Assembly: GCA_016199625.1 (NCBI GenBank)
Contig: JACQGI010000015.1
Span: forward strand, 3,822 to 67,821
DNA length: 64,000 nt
Direction: 5' to 3'
Origin: Acidobacteriota bacterium
GTDB taxonomy: Bacteria > Acidobacteriota > Vicinamibacteria > Fen-336
Shown: positions 50,846 through 59,761 of the stretch, one piece after another
Numbering within the stretch: the stretch's first letter is position 1
Layout: each line of letters opens with the position of its first letter
Made by a program: the position numbers and the translations under genes
Notes under the pieces: generated by a model
Database searches by the model: none
Told to the model about the DNA's origin: nothing
What the model saw: the letters and a program-made list of their open reading frames with translations, nothing else

Positions 50846-53290
50846 ATGATCGACGGTTCCGGGACTCCCTGGTGGCGCCGCCGCATTCCGACTCCGTCAG
50901 TCCCTCCGGCCGACGTGGCGGCATCCTTGGCGCTCCTGGCCCTGGTCCTCTTCCTCTTTCGAGACGCGGTCTTCGGCGGGCAGGTCTTCTACTACCGCGA
51001 CATCCACTTGCAGTGGCAGCCCCAGGTGGAGGCTTTCGTTCGGGCGGTGACCAGCGGTTCCTGGCCATTGTGGAACCCTGATCGCTCCTTCGGCCAGCCC
51101 TTGCTCGCGAACCCGAATGCTCAGGTTCTCTACCCTCCCACGTGGCTCAACCTCCTCATGAGGCCGTGGACGTACTACACCCTGTACGTAGCCGGCCACG
51201 CGTTCGTCTGCGGCTTGGGGGTCTACCTCCTTGCCTTGCGCCTCGGGACGTCACGTCCGGGCGCCCTGCTCGCGGCGTCGGTTGCCGTCTCGTCGGGGCC
51301 CTTCCTGTCCCTCGCGAGCCTCTGGAACCACCTGGCGGGCGCGGCGTGGGTCCCGTGGATCGTCCTGGCGGCCGATCTCGCGCTGGCGGCGGGAGGCGCC
51401 GCCCGGACGGTCGTGTGGGGGCTCGCCCTGGCGGCGCCCGTCCTTGCCGGGTCGGTGGAGTCCGGGCTGATCGCGGCCGTGCTGACGGTCGCCTGCTGCT
51501 GGCCGCGCCTCGACCGCACGCCTCTCCTGGGATCGCACAATCGCCGCCTCGCGTGGACCGCGGTCGGCGCGGTGGCGCTGGCGATGGGATTCTCCGCAGC
51601 GCAGTGGCTCCCGTCGCTGGAGCTGGCGCGGCGCTCGGCGCGCGCAGGTCTTCCGGCCGCCGTGACCGGGTACTGGTCCGTCCACCCCTTCGACCTCGTC
51701 GAGACCGCGATGCCCCTGTTGCTCGTCGACCTGCCCCTGCGCACGGAGGTGCGCGCCGCCCTGTTCGAGTCGCGCGAGCCGTTCATGCTCTCGCTGTACC
51801 TCGGCCTCACGTCGGTCGGCCTGGGTGTCGCGGCCATCGGCTCGGGTCCGAGCGGGAGGGTCGCTCGCGGCCTCGCCCTGACCGCCCTCGTTGGAGTCGC
51901 CTTGGCCCTTGGCCGGCACGCTCCCCTCCTCGAAGGCCTGCAGGCCATCTTCCCCCCGCTCCGGAGCCTCCGCTATCCGGCGAAGGCCATGATCTTGACG
52001 GGATTCGCATGGGCGCTGCTCGTAGGGCTGGGCTTCGACGAGATCGCCCGTGGGGTCGGAAGGGCGCGGCGGCTCCTCGTGCCGATCGTCGAGGCGACGG
52101 CCGCCGCCTCTCTCGCGGTCTCAGGCGTGGCGCTGTGGGTGCTGCGCCATCGCGGCCAAGAGCTGGGCGAGGCCATCCTGGCTCGGGAGTTCACCCGACG
52201 CCCGTTCTCCGCCGTGTTCGAGCCGGCAGCCGACCGCGTTCTGGTACTGACGACGCTCCTCGTGGCGCTCCTCGGAATCCACATGATCCGCCGGCTTCTG
52301 GGAAGTGCCTATGCCCCCGCGATCGGGCTGGTGGTCGCGTTCGATCTCTCTGGAACCCACAGCCGCCTGACTCCGATGGCGGAAAGGGACCTCTTCACCT
52401 TCGTGCCGCCGGCACTCGCGAGCGTCAAGGGCATGGAGAGATCGCGGCTGTACGTCAGCGATTACTTCGAGCGTGGCAAGGGGGAGAGATACCTGGGGCA
52501 TCCACGGTTCGTGCCCGCTCGCCTCAAGGAGGACTGGCCATTCCCCTGGGCCGAGGCGGTCGCCGTGCGGGCATACCTCCATCCGGCCGTGCTCGGGAAC
52601 TGGGGGCTGGAAGCCGCCTATGCGACCGACTCGCTGGGTCTGTTTCCGCGAGACCTCGAACTCCTCGTCCGGCTCCTCCGGGCAGTGGAGGGCACGCCGG
52701 CCCATCTGCGGCTCCTGCAGGTCGCCGGAGTGGAACGGGTCGTGACCCTGCACTCCGAAGGCTTCGAAAGCCTTCCGCTCGTGGCCACGCACCCCACGTT
52801 CTTCCTCGAGCCCATGCACGTCTTCCGGGTCCCGGAACCCTTCCCCCGCACCTACGCGGTGAGCGGCGTACGCGTGGCCCGTGGAGCAGCGGCGGCGGCT
52901 GTGCTTCGGGATCCGCTCTTCGATCCCAGGCGCGAGGTGATCCTGCCCGAGGGCCCGCCCACCAGCGGCTCGCCGGCCTTCTCCGCTTCCAGCCGCATCC
53001 TGGCCTGGAGGCCAGACTTTGTGCGACTCGAAGCCGAGGCCTCGGGACCGGGCCACCTCGTCCTCCTCGAGGGCTACGACCCGGGCTGGCACGCCACGGT
53101 GGATGGCCGGCCGGTGCCGGTGCTGCAGGCCAACCTCGGGTTCCGCGCGGTGGCGCTCTCCGCGGGACGGCACGTCGTCGAATACGTCTACAGGCCGGCG
53201 GCGGTCATCATGGGGCTTGCTCTCTCCGCGGCCGCCATGGCGGTGGCGCTGGCGGCAATCGTTCTCGCGGGGGCAGGGAGCGCGTCCTGA
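50846..53290 (+). CDS. YfhO-like GT-C membrane glycosyltransferase (paralogue 3)
   Basis: YYRDIH, GSWPLWNP, LYPPTWLNL, FESREP, LRYPAK, YDPGWHATVDG..QANLGFRAV. Confidence 0.87.
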   Translation: MIDGSGTPWWRRRIPTPSVPPADVAASLALLALVLFLFRDAVFGGQVFYYRDIHLQWQPQVEAFVRAVTSGSWPLWNPDRSFGQPLLANPNAQVLYPPTWLNLLMRPWTYYTLYVAGHAFVCGLGVYLLALRLGTSRPGALLAASVAVSSGPFLSLASLWNHLAGAAWVPWIVLAADLALAAGGAARTVVWGLALAAPVLAGSVESGLIAAVLTVACCWPRLDRTPLLGSHNRRLAWTAVGAVALAMGFSAAQWLPSLELARRSARAGLPAAVTGYWSVHPFDLVETAMPLLLVDLPLRTEVRAALFESREPFMLSLYLGLTSVGLGVAAIGSGPSGRVARGLALTALVGVALALGRHAPLLEGLQAIFPPLRSLRYPAKAMILTGFAWALLVGLGFDEIARGVGRARRLLVPIVEATAAASLAVSGVALWVLRHRGQELGEAILAREFTRRPFSAVFEPAADRVLVLTTLLVALLGIHMIRRLLGSAYAPAIGLVVAFDLSGTHSRLTPMAERDLFTFVPPALASVKGMERSRLYVSDYFERGKGERYLGHPRFVPARLKEDWPFPWAEAVAVRAYLHPAVLGNWGLEAAYATDSLGLFPRDLELLVRLLRAVEGTPAHLRLLQVAGVERVVTLHSEGFESLPLVATHPTFFLEPMHVFRVPEPFPRTYAVSGVRVARGAAAAAVLRDPLFDPRREVILPEGPPTSGSPAFSASSRILAWRPDFVRLEAEASGPGHLVLLEGYDPGWHATVDGRPVPVLQANLGFRAVALSAGRHVVEYVYRPAAVIMGLALSAAAMAVALAAIVLAGAGSAS

Positions 53291-53330
53291 GCGAAGACTC
53301 CGCGATCCGAGGAGCATCACCGACTGGGGT

Positions 53331-53879
53331 TCAGGGCCGGAAGATCTCTCCCAGGCGGATGAGGTCCACCTGACCCAGGGCCACGTCTTCGACCTTGCCC
53401 CCTGGGCCCACTCTCAGCGTGACAGGGACCCTGTGGACCTTGAAGGTGCCCGAGAAGGCCCGCTTCTCCGAAGCTGTCGCTCCAGGCGCCCGCACGACCG
53501 GGAAAGAGATCGGCGTCGCCATGAAGAAGCCCGGCGGCTCCTGGTCGAGCAACACACCGACCACCTGCAGGTTTCGGGGACGGCGCTCGTAGGCCTGGTT
53601 CCACATGGGGATCATTCGGTGGCAGGTGGGACAGCTGCTCAGGAAGAAGAGCAGTACCGTCGCGGATCCCGGCTCGAAGTCGACCCGCCGGATCGCGCCG
53701 TCGATCCCCTCGGCCGCGAAGGACGGCACCCGGTCGCCGCGTGAAAGGCCGGCCACCGAGGGCGAAGCAGAAGGCGTGGCCGTCTGCGCCGCTGCGTCTC
53801 CCGAAGCACCAGCGACGATCGCCACGGCGAGGGCTCTCACGAGGAACGCCCTGGCCCGCCTCCTCGTCGGCCGCATCAC
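53331..53879 (-). CDS. TlpA/redoxin-family exported thiol-disulfide oxidoreductase
   Basis: Signal peptide, GDRVPSF, FFLSSCPTC, cis-Pro-like VP motif; last gene of the pilGHI run. Confidence 0.8.
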   Translation of the reverse strand: MMRPTRRRARAFLVRALAVAIVAGASGDAAAQTATPSASPSVAGLSRGDRVPSFAAEGIDGAIRRVDFEPGSATVLLFFLSSCPTCHRMIPMWNQAYERRPRNLQVVGVLLDQEPPGFFMATPISFPVVRAPGATASEKRAFSGTFKVHRVPVTLRVGPGGKVEDVALGQVDLIRLGEIFRP

Positions 53880-54739
53880 TTCCCCCCCCTCCAGAGCCTG
53901 GACTCACGCGCGATGGCGAATCTGCCCTCCTGCGGATCGTATGCGAACGGCACGCCGGTGGGATCCGCGAGGCGGCCCCCCTCCGGGGGGTCAGCCGCAA
54001 GCTCTCGCGAATCCCGCGGCGGACGCCCCTGTCTCTTCCGAAAGCGCTCCACGGCGGCGTTCAGGGATTCCACGGCGTCGAGGGCATCCAGCCGCCGAAG
54101 ATTGTCGAGGGCGTTGTCCTTCAGGAAGCCCTCTTCCTCCTGCTCGTAGGTTCGCCTCCAGATCTCCCGAGCGGTCCCGCGGTCCGCGCTCTTGTCGAGC
54201 ATCGTCTCGGCCAAGCTCGCGAGCCAGAAAGCCGCGCCGGGAAGCCTCGCGGCTTCGAGGAGCACGGCCGCGCCGCCTTTCGCATCGCCCAGGAAAAGGT
54301 ACCGGAAGTAGCCGAGGTCCTGTCGCAGCCGCCAGTCTCGAGGCAGGTTCCGCACGCCCTTCTCGAGGATGCGGATCCCTGCTTCGGGATCCCCCTTCCC
54401 CACCGGCCTGCGCTCACACAGGAAGATGGCGCCGTACTTGTAGGCGATCCTGAGGCGCGGGTCCAGATCCGTGGTGATTTCGATGAGCGGATGGAGCAGC
54501 TCGTACCGCTGGTCCTTCGAGAAGAGCCTCTCGCGGCCGAAGTACTGCACGGTCCGAAGCCAGTAGACGTCAGCCAGCAGGTATTCGAACCCCGGAACGA
54601 GACGCTTCAGCTGTCGTCCCGTTCGGAGATAGAGAATCTCGTCGCGGGGCTCCGGCCGCTCCAGGAGGCCGTCCACCCGGATCTGGACGAGCGGGACGAG
54701 CGGGATCAGGAAGACCCAGAGCGGGCGCGAGGCTCTCAC
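53876..54739 (-). CDS. Pilin-locus accessory protein (Myxococcus PilG / Geobacter Xap-like)
   Basis: LLADVYWLRTVQYFG, TDLDP, TPR-like helices; coupled to the ABC permease downstream of pilA. Confidence 0.65.
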   Translation of the reverse strand: MRASRPLWVFLIPLVPLVQIRVDGLLERPEPRDEILYLRTGRQLKRLVPGFEYLLADVYWLRTVQYFGRERLFSKDQRYELLHPLIEITTDLDPRLRIAYKYGAIFLCERRPVGKGDPEAGIRILEKGVRNLPRDWRLRQDLGYFRYLFLGDAKGGAAVLLEAARLPGAAFWLASLAETMLDKSADRGTAREIWRRTYEQEEEGFLKDNALDNLRRLDALDAVESLNAAVERFRKRQGRPPRDSRELAADPPEGGRLADPTGVPFAYDPQEGRFAIARESRLWRGGK

Positions 54740-55515
54740 GGGAGGTCCTTGTGCCGGAGAGCCGCTTCTGCCAGGCTCAGGGCCACAGCGCCGTACGCGG
54801 CTGCATAGAGGGTTACCCAGGCCAGTCCGGCCCAGGGCACCGGGTCACCGTAGACGACCTGCGCCTTGAAGTCGAAGTTGCGAAAGTTCGGGACCGCGAA
54901 GTAGAGGAGGCGCACGAGCCAGGTCGGCGCGCCAGGAATCACGTCCTGCATGCCGCGAATGACGTCGGAGAACCGGCCCGCCACCACGAGGCTGAACGTG
55001 CACACGGCAGCGAGGACGGAAGACGTCAGCGTGGAGAACAGGAGGGCGAGGGCGACGACGAGCAAGAGGCCGAGGTAGAGGCCGTAGACGGCCTTGAGCA
55101 GCTGGGGTTCCGGGCCACGACCCGTCGCGAACAGCGTGAGGTACAGGCCCGCGGTCATCGCGCCAAGGTTCACGAGGAGGGTGAACCCCAGCCCGGCGAA
55201 CTTTCCGAGGAGGAGCTCCCGACGCCGAAGGGGCCTGGAGAGCAGCGGGTGGAGGGATCGGCGATCGATCTCCTTGCTGACCAGGCCTACGCCGATGAAG
55301 AGGGCGATCAGCGTTCCGAAGATGTCCATGGCCGCGAGGCCGACGTCCTTGACGATCTTCTCGTCCTCCCGGATCGAGAGCTCCGACAGGAGCAGCCCGG
55401 AGAGGGTCATCAAGAACGCGAAGACGACCAGGTTGTAGAGGACGCGCTCGCGGACCGTCTCCCGGTACGTGTTCGAGGCAACGGCGAGGATGCGGGTCAG
55501 TCCTGAAGCTCCCAT
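54736..55515 (-). CDS. ABC transporter permease (PilI-like)
   Basis: AVASNTYRETVRER, SKEIDRRS..LLSRPL.R..LLLGKF, PNF..FD. Confidence 0.88.
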   Translation of the reverse strand: MGASGLTRILAVASNTYRETVRERVLYNLVVFAFLMTLSGLLLSELSIREDEKIVKDVGLAAMDIFGTLIALFIGVGLVSKEIDRRSLHPLLSRPLRRRELLLGKFAGLGFTLLVNLGAMTAGLYLTLFATGRGPEPQLLKAVYGLYLGLLLVVALALLFSTLTSSVLAAVCTFSLVVAGRFSDVIRGMQDVIPGAPTWLVRLLYFAVPNFRNFDFKAQVVYGDPVPWAGLAWVTLYAAAYGAVALSLAEAALRHKDLP

Positions 55516-56462
55516 GCCCCCTCCCGCGGCGCCACCTCCGCGAGGAAGAAATCCTCGAGCGACTGGCGGATGGGGTTGACGGACAGGACCCGCCCCCGCC
55601 GGTCCCGGAGGTGCTCGAGAGCCGGCAGCAGGGCCTCCTCGGCGACCTCTAGACGCACGCGCTCCCCGAGCACTTCGTGTCCCCTGACGCCGGGGGGCCA
55701 GCCCCCCAGCGGGTCGAGGTCCCCGCCGGTCGCGAGGACCTCGTAGTGGGAAACGTCCAGGTTCAAGATCTCCGAGAGATGGCCGGTCGCCACGAGGCTC
55801 CCGGCGCGCAGCACAGCGACGCGGTCACAAAGCGTCTCGGCATCGGAGAGGATGTGAGTCGAGAAGAACACCGTCTTCGCCTGTCTCCGGAGATCGAGGA
55901 TGATGTCGCGGACCAGCCGACGGCCAAGCGGGTCCAGGCCCGACATCGGCTCGTCGAGGATGACGAGATCCGGATCGTTGACGAGTGCCTGCGCGAGCCC
56001 GACTCGCTGCAACATCCCCTTGGAGAAGCGGCGCAGGGGAACGTCCGTCGAGTGACCGAGTCCGACCAGCTCGAGGAGCCTCGCGCAGCGCTCCCTCCGC
56101 ACCGAAACAGGCAGCCCGCAGAGGCGCCCCACGTAATCGAGGTACTCGCGCGCCGTCAGGTAGTCGTAGAAGTACGGCTGTTCGGGGAGATAGCCGGCCC
56201 GGTACTTCCAGGAGAGATCCTCCAGTGGCGCTCCCAGAATCGTGGCTGACCCACTGTCGGGAAAGACGAGACCCATGAGGATCTTCAAAGTCGTCGTCTT
56301 GCCTGAACCGTTGGGTCCGAGGTACCCGAAGATCTCCCCGCGCCGGACGGTGAGGCTGAGGTCCTTGAGGGCCGGCCGCAAGCGCGCGCGCAAGTGGCCG
56401 GCGCGGTAGGACTTGCTCAGGTTGCGGACTTCGAGGACGACTTCCGCCGGGGTGCCTGACAT
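55497..56462 (-). CDS. ABC transporter ATP-binding protein (PilH-like)
   Basis: GPNGSGKTT, FSKGMLQR, ILDEPMSGLDP, STHIL. Confidence 0.93.
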   Translation of the reverse strand: MSGTPAEVVLEVRNLSKSYRAGHLRARLRPALKDLSLTVRRGEIFGYLGPNGSGKTTTLKILMGLVFPDSGSATILGAPLEDLSWKYRAGYLPEQPYFYDYLTAREYLDYVGRLCGLPVSVRRERCARLLELVGLGHSTDVPLRRFSKGMLQRVGLAQALVNDPDLVILDEPMSGLDPLGRRLVRDIILDLRRQAKTVFFSTHILSDAETLCDRVAVLRAGSLVATGHLSEILNLDVSHYEVLATGGDLDPLGGWPPGVRGHEVLGERVRLEVAEEALLPALEHLRDRRGRVLSVNPIRQSLEDFFLAEVAPREGAWELQD

Positions 56463-56491
56463 CGAGAAAAATATAGCACACCCCGGCGGGT

Positions 56492-58381
56492 TCACGGGGA
56501 AGCGCCGCCTGCCGCGGGCGCGTCCTCCAGGCAGATCGAGGTCAGGAAGTGTCCGAGGGAACGGTGATCCGGCGTGGCGTCCCTGCGACCGTGGATGGCC
56601 CCACGAAAGCCAGGCACGAACGCCGGCGCTCTCTCGATCCGGACGCGGGCGACTGAACCGATCGGACGACCCGCCGTCGAGCCGGAGAAGGAGAAAGGTC
56701 CGCCTGGGACGCTCTCGTCGATGAGCCGCTCCTCGCCGAGGGAGACGACGAGGCGGGCGCTGGCTGCGTCCCTCTTCGTGCCGGTCACCCGCAGCGCGAC
56801 CCGCCGGCCACCGCGCGGCGGCACCAGGAGCGCCGTGGCCGAAGGGCCGGACCAGCGACCCCCTTCGTCGGCGGGGTACCAACCCTCGAGGAGCTGCTGA
56901 CCCGCGGCCGGGGAGGCTAGGTCGAGGCACGTCTTGAAGCTCCGCGGCTCCTCCCAGCCCAGCAGCCCGCCGGGCTCGGCGTCGGGCGGCGGCCCGATCC
57001 GCACGGGAATGCCCCGCGCCTCGGACGCACCGGCGTCCACGTAACCGAGGGCCGCGATCGCTTCCCGGTCCACTCCCTCTGGGCTCACGGCCCGCGGCAG
57101 GGCGTGCGCCACGAGCTCGTTGTGGAGGGCGGCCAGCCGCGCCGAGAGGGCCTCGAAAGACGATGGGGTCACGAGAGGGAGGCGATTGCGCACCTGGGCC
57201 GGATCCTCCACCAGGTCGAACAGCTCCTTCAGATGGGGGTATCTTCCGAGGACGACCATCTCGCCGCCCCGCCGCAGCCCGAGGAAATGGCATCCGCCCA
57301 CGTCCAGGTGGAGAACGAACTCCCTCTGCCCCGGCTCGTGACGGCGCCCCGTCCACAGGAAGTCCGCGATGCTCCTCCCGTCCACCGCCGGCGCGGCCCC
57401 GCCGGCACCGAGGAGATCCAACACCGTGGGAACGACGTCCATCAGGCTTGCGAGGCCGTGGCGCGTGCCGGCCGGGACCCCACGCGGGTAGTGGAAGATC
57501 AGGGGGACGCGAAGGACCTCGTCGTAGAGCGTCTGTCCGTGCCCCATGCGCCCGTGCTCCTCGAACTCCTCGCCGTGGTCGGACACCACGACCGTCAGCG
57601 TCGACTCCATGAGCCCCTTGGCTTCGAGCGCCGCCAGCAGCCTTCCGATGCTTCGATCGACACGGACGATCTCTCCGTCGTACAGATCCGCGGCGTCCTC
57701 CAGGAAGTCCCTCGGGCGCGTCATCAAGGTGGGCATCTCGAGGTCCTGGATCGCGATCGGGGCTCGTGGACGTGTCAGGAGCGAGGCACCCCAGGCAGGG
57801 GGCTCGTACGGGGCATGGGGATCCAGATAGTGCACGAACAGAAAGAAGGGGATCCGCAGACTCCCCAGGCGGCTCAAGGCCTCGCGCTCGACGTGCTCGG
57901 CCGAGGCGAACGGGCCGTAGCCGAGGTCCTGCATGTACGCGGACTCGTCGAAACCCTGCGTCATGCCGTACCCGTTCGCAGAGAACCCGTTCGCAGTGAC
58001 CGCGATGGAAACGTATCCCTTCTCCTTCAAGATCTCTGCGAGGGTGCGGGCCTTCTCGGGCAGGCGGTCACGCATCCCTACGGTCTGATGGCGCAGCGGA
58101 TGCAGGCCGGTGAGGAGCGTTGCCACGGCGGGCTTGGTCCACGACGTCGGAGACAGGCCGTCGACGGCCGCACCCTCCGAAGCGAGGCGGGTCAGCGTGG
58201 GAGCCGTCTCACGGCGATAACCATAGGCCGCGAGGTGGTCCTGGCGAAGCGTGTCGATCAGGATGAGGACGAGGTTGCGGGCCGGACCTGGCGAACGCGG
58301 GGAGGAGCGTGCGCGCCACCCCTCACAGCCTGCGAGGGCCAGCAGGAGAAGAGCGGTGCCCCGGACGCTGTTACGGGCCAA
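56492..58381 (-). CDS. Sulfatase-fold (alkaline phosphatase superfamily) lipoprotein
   Basis: Lipobox LAGC; LIDTLRQDHL, SWTKPAVATLLTG, HYLDPHAPY, YDGEI..VD, SDHGEEF..HG, LYDEVLRVPLI. Start taken as TTG 58381. Confidence 0.85.
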   Translation of the reverse strand: MARNSVRGTALLLLALAGCEGWRARSSPRSPGPARNLVLILIDTLRQDHLAAYGYRRETAPTLTRLASEGAAVDGLSPTSWTKPAVATLLTGLHPLRHQTVGMRDRLPEKARTLAEILKEKGYVSIAVTANGFSANGYGMTQGFDESAYMQDLGYGPFASAEHVEREALSRLGSLRIPFFLFVHYLDPHAPYEPPAWGASLLTRPRAPIAIQDLEMPTLMTRPRDFLEDAADLYDGEIVRVDRSIGRLLAALEAKGLMESTLTVVVSDHGEEFEEHGRMGHGQTLYDEVLRVPLIFHYPRGVPAGTRHGLASLMDVVPTVLDLLGAGGAAPAVDGRSIADFLWTGRRHEPGQREFVLHLDVGGCHFLGLRRGGEMVVLGRYPHLKELFDLVEDPAQVRNRLPLVTPSSFEALSARLAALHNELVAHALPRAVSPEGVDREAIAALGYVDAGASEARGIPVRIGPPPDAEPGGLLGWEEPRSFKTCLDLASPAAGQQLLEGWYPADEGGRWSGPSATALLVPPRGGRRVALRVTGTKRDAASARLVVSLGEERLIDESVPGGPFSFSGSTAGRPIGSVARVRIERAPAFVPGFRGAIHGRRDATPDHRSLGHFLTSICLEDAPAAGGASP

Positions 58382-58385
58382 AGGG

Positions 58386-58910
58386 CTAGCGCATCGCGGG
58401 GCAGGTCCCCGGCACGCGTACACCCGCGGGGTTGCAGCAGTCCACGTTACCGATCGTCTCACCGATCACGCCGCCAGCGTCCCCCCCGAAGCTCCGCACC
58501 CCCGTGCGGTTGGGGATCGTGGGCTTGGCCTGGTAGCAGAACTCGTCCCGATCGCCCGCCTGCGCCCCACCCGGCACGGGTCCGTACAGGGAGGTCCGGT
58601 CGTAGCCCGACTTGCTGGCCGCGCTGGCGATCAGCACGTCCAGGAACGGGGGTGCCGTCGCACTGTAACCCGGGATGCAGTTCGCGTCGGCTGGGGTCGA
58701 TAGGCACGTCAACACGCCGTAGTGTCCGGCGTTCGAGTGATGATACGTGTACTGGGCGGAGATGACCGTACGGATGTCGCCGATCGTGGCGGACTCGTTG
58801 GCCGAGACCCGCGCACGCAGCAAGCCCGGGATCGCGATCGCCGCGATGATCCCGATGATCGCGACGACGATCAGCAACTCGATGAGCGTGAAACCCTTCG
58901 GCGCCCTCAA
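58386..58910 (-). CDS. pilA: Type IV pilin, second copy
   Basis: KG|FTLIELLIVVAIIGIIAAIAIPGLLRARVSANE; TTG start. Confidence 0.9.
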   Translation of the reverse strand: MRAPKGFTLIELLIVVAIIGIIAAIAIPGLLRARVSANESATIGDIRTVISAQYTYHHSNAGHYGVLTCLSTPADANCIPGYSATAPPFLDVLIASAASKSGYDRTSLYGPVPGGAQAGDRDEFCYQAKPTIPNRTGVRSFGGDAGGVIGETIGNVDCCNPAGVRVPGTCPAMR

Positions 58911-58972
58911 GGCTCCCCCCCGATCGAGAACCCACGGCTGCTTGCGGTTGGCAATCGAAGCCAGGCGAGACG

Positions 58973-59004
58973 CCGAGAGAGGGGCTGAGTCGCCCCCCCC
59001 CCGG
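58973..59004 (-). terminator. Stem-loop between the two pilin genes
   Basis: CCGGGGGGGGGGC-GACTCA-GCCCCTCTCTCGG: 13-bp stem with three G-U pairs that form only on the minus-strand RNA; no U-tract. Confidence 0.55.
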
Positions 59005-59028
59005 CCACGCGAACGAACGGGCGCGAAG

Positions 59029-59592
59029 CTACTGCATCGCCGGGCAGACCGGCTGGATCCCCACAGGCGCTACGCCACCCGCACAGCAGTCAACCCCACC
59101 AGCCGTCGAGTCACCGATGATCCCGTTGGCATCTCCGCCCATGCTGCGGACGCCGGTGCGGTTCTGGATGATGGCCGTCGTCGCGAAGCAGAAGCTGTCC
59201 ACCTCACCGGCGGCTGGCGCCGGCAGTACCGCGCCCGGATAGTACGCGCGATTGTACCCGGACTTGGGGGCGCCGAAGCCTCCTCCGGGCGTCGAGCCGA
59301 GGCTGGCATCGATGAACGTCGGGGCTGTCGCGGCGTAGTTGGGGATGCAACCAGCGCCGGACGGGGTGGAGAGGCAAGTCATGCCCGGTGCGTAGCCTTG
59401 CCTGCTCGGTGTCGACGATTGGTAGGTCGCCTGGGACGACAGCACTGTGCGGATGTCGCCCACGGTGGCCGCCTCGTTGGCGGAGACCCGAGCGCGCAGC
59501 AGGCTCGGGATGGCAATCGCCGCGATGATTCCGATGATCGCGACGACGATCAGCAACTCGATCAGCGTGAAACCCTTTTGCTTGTCAGTCAT
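59029..59592 (-). CDS. pilA: Type IV major pilin
   Basis: MTDKQKG|FTLIELLIVVAIIGIIAAIAIPSLLRARVSANE; RBS AGGAGGAG; sigma-54 promoter; downstream of pilR. Confidence 0.94.
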   Translation of the reverse strand: MTDKQKGFTLIELLIVVAIIGIIAAIAIPSLLRARVSANEAATVGDIRTVLSSQATYQSSTPSRQGYAPGMTCLSTPSGAGCIPNYAATAPTFIDASLGSTPGGGFGAPKSGYNRAYYPGAVLPAPAAGEVDSFCFATTAIIQNRTGVRSMGGDANGIIGDSTAGGVDCCAGGVAPVGIQPVCPAMQ

Positions 59593-59645
59593 CGAGACTC
59601 CTCCTGGCCAGTTTGCGCAAATGGCTTGAGCCGATCCCCTGAGCC

Positions 59646-59761
59646 TGCAAAGCCGGTGCCGATCAGCAACGCGATGTAACACATTCATTATAAAGTCCTT
59701 ATGCTACAGCCTTCGGGGATGGCTCGGTGACACTCCGTGACACTTGTGACATTTTTTGTCA
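59646..59761 (-). promoter_or_regulatory. Sigma-54 promoter of pilA with IHF-like site and PilR-type enhancer repeats
   Basis: CGGCACCGGCTTTGCA (59661-59646); AATGAATGTGTTA (59689-59677); GTGACA at 59727, 59737 and 59746, with palindrome TGACA-N5-TGTCA at 59747-59761. Confidence 0.85.

Noticed and set aside
58930-58970. Separate sigma-54 promoter for pilA2 (TGGCTTCGATTGC)
   Set aside because: Spacing is GG-N8-GC, not the required N10.
59029-59592. Geobacter-type short conductive pilin
   Set aside because: Both pilins are full-length with globular heads and no notable aromatic enrichment.
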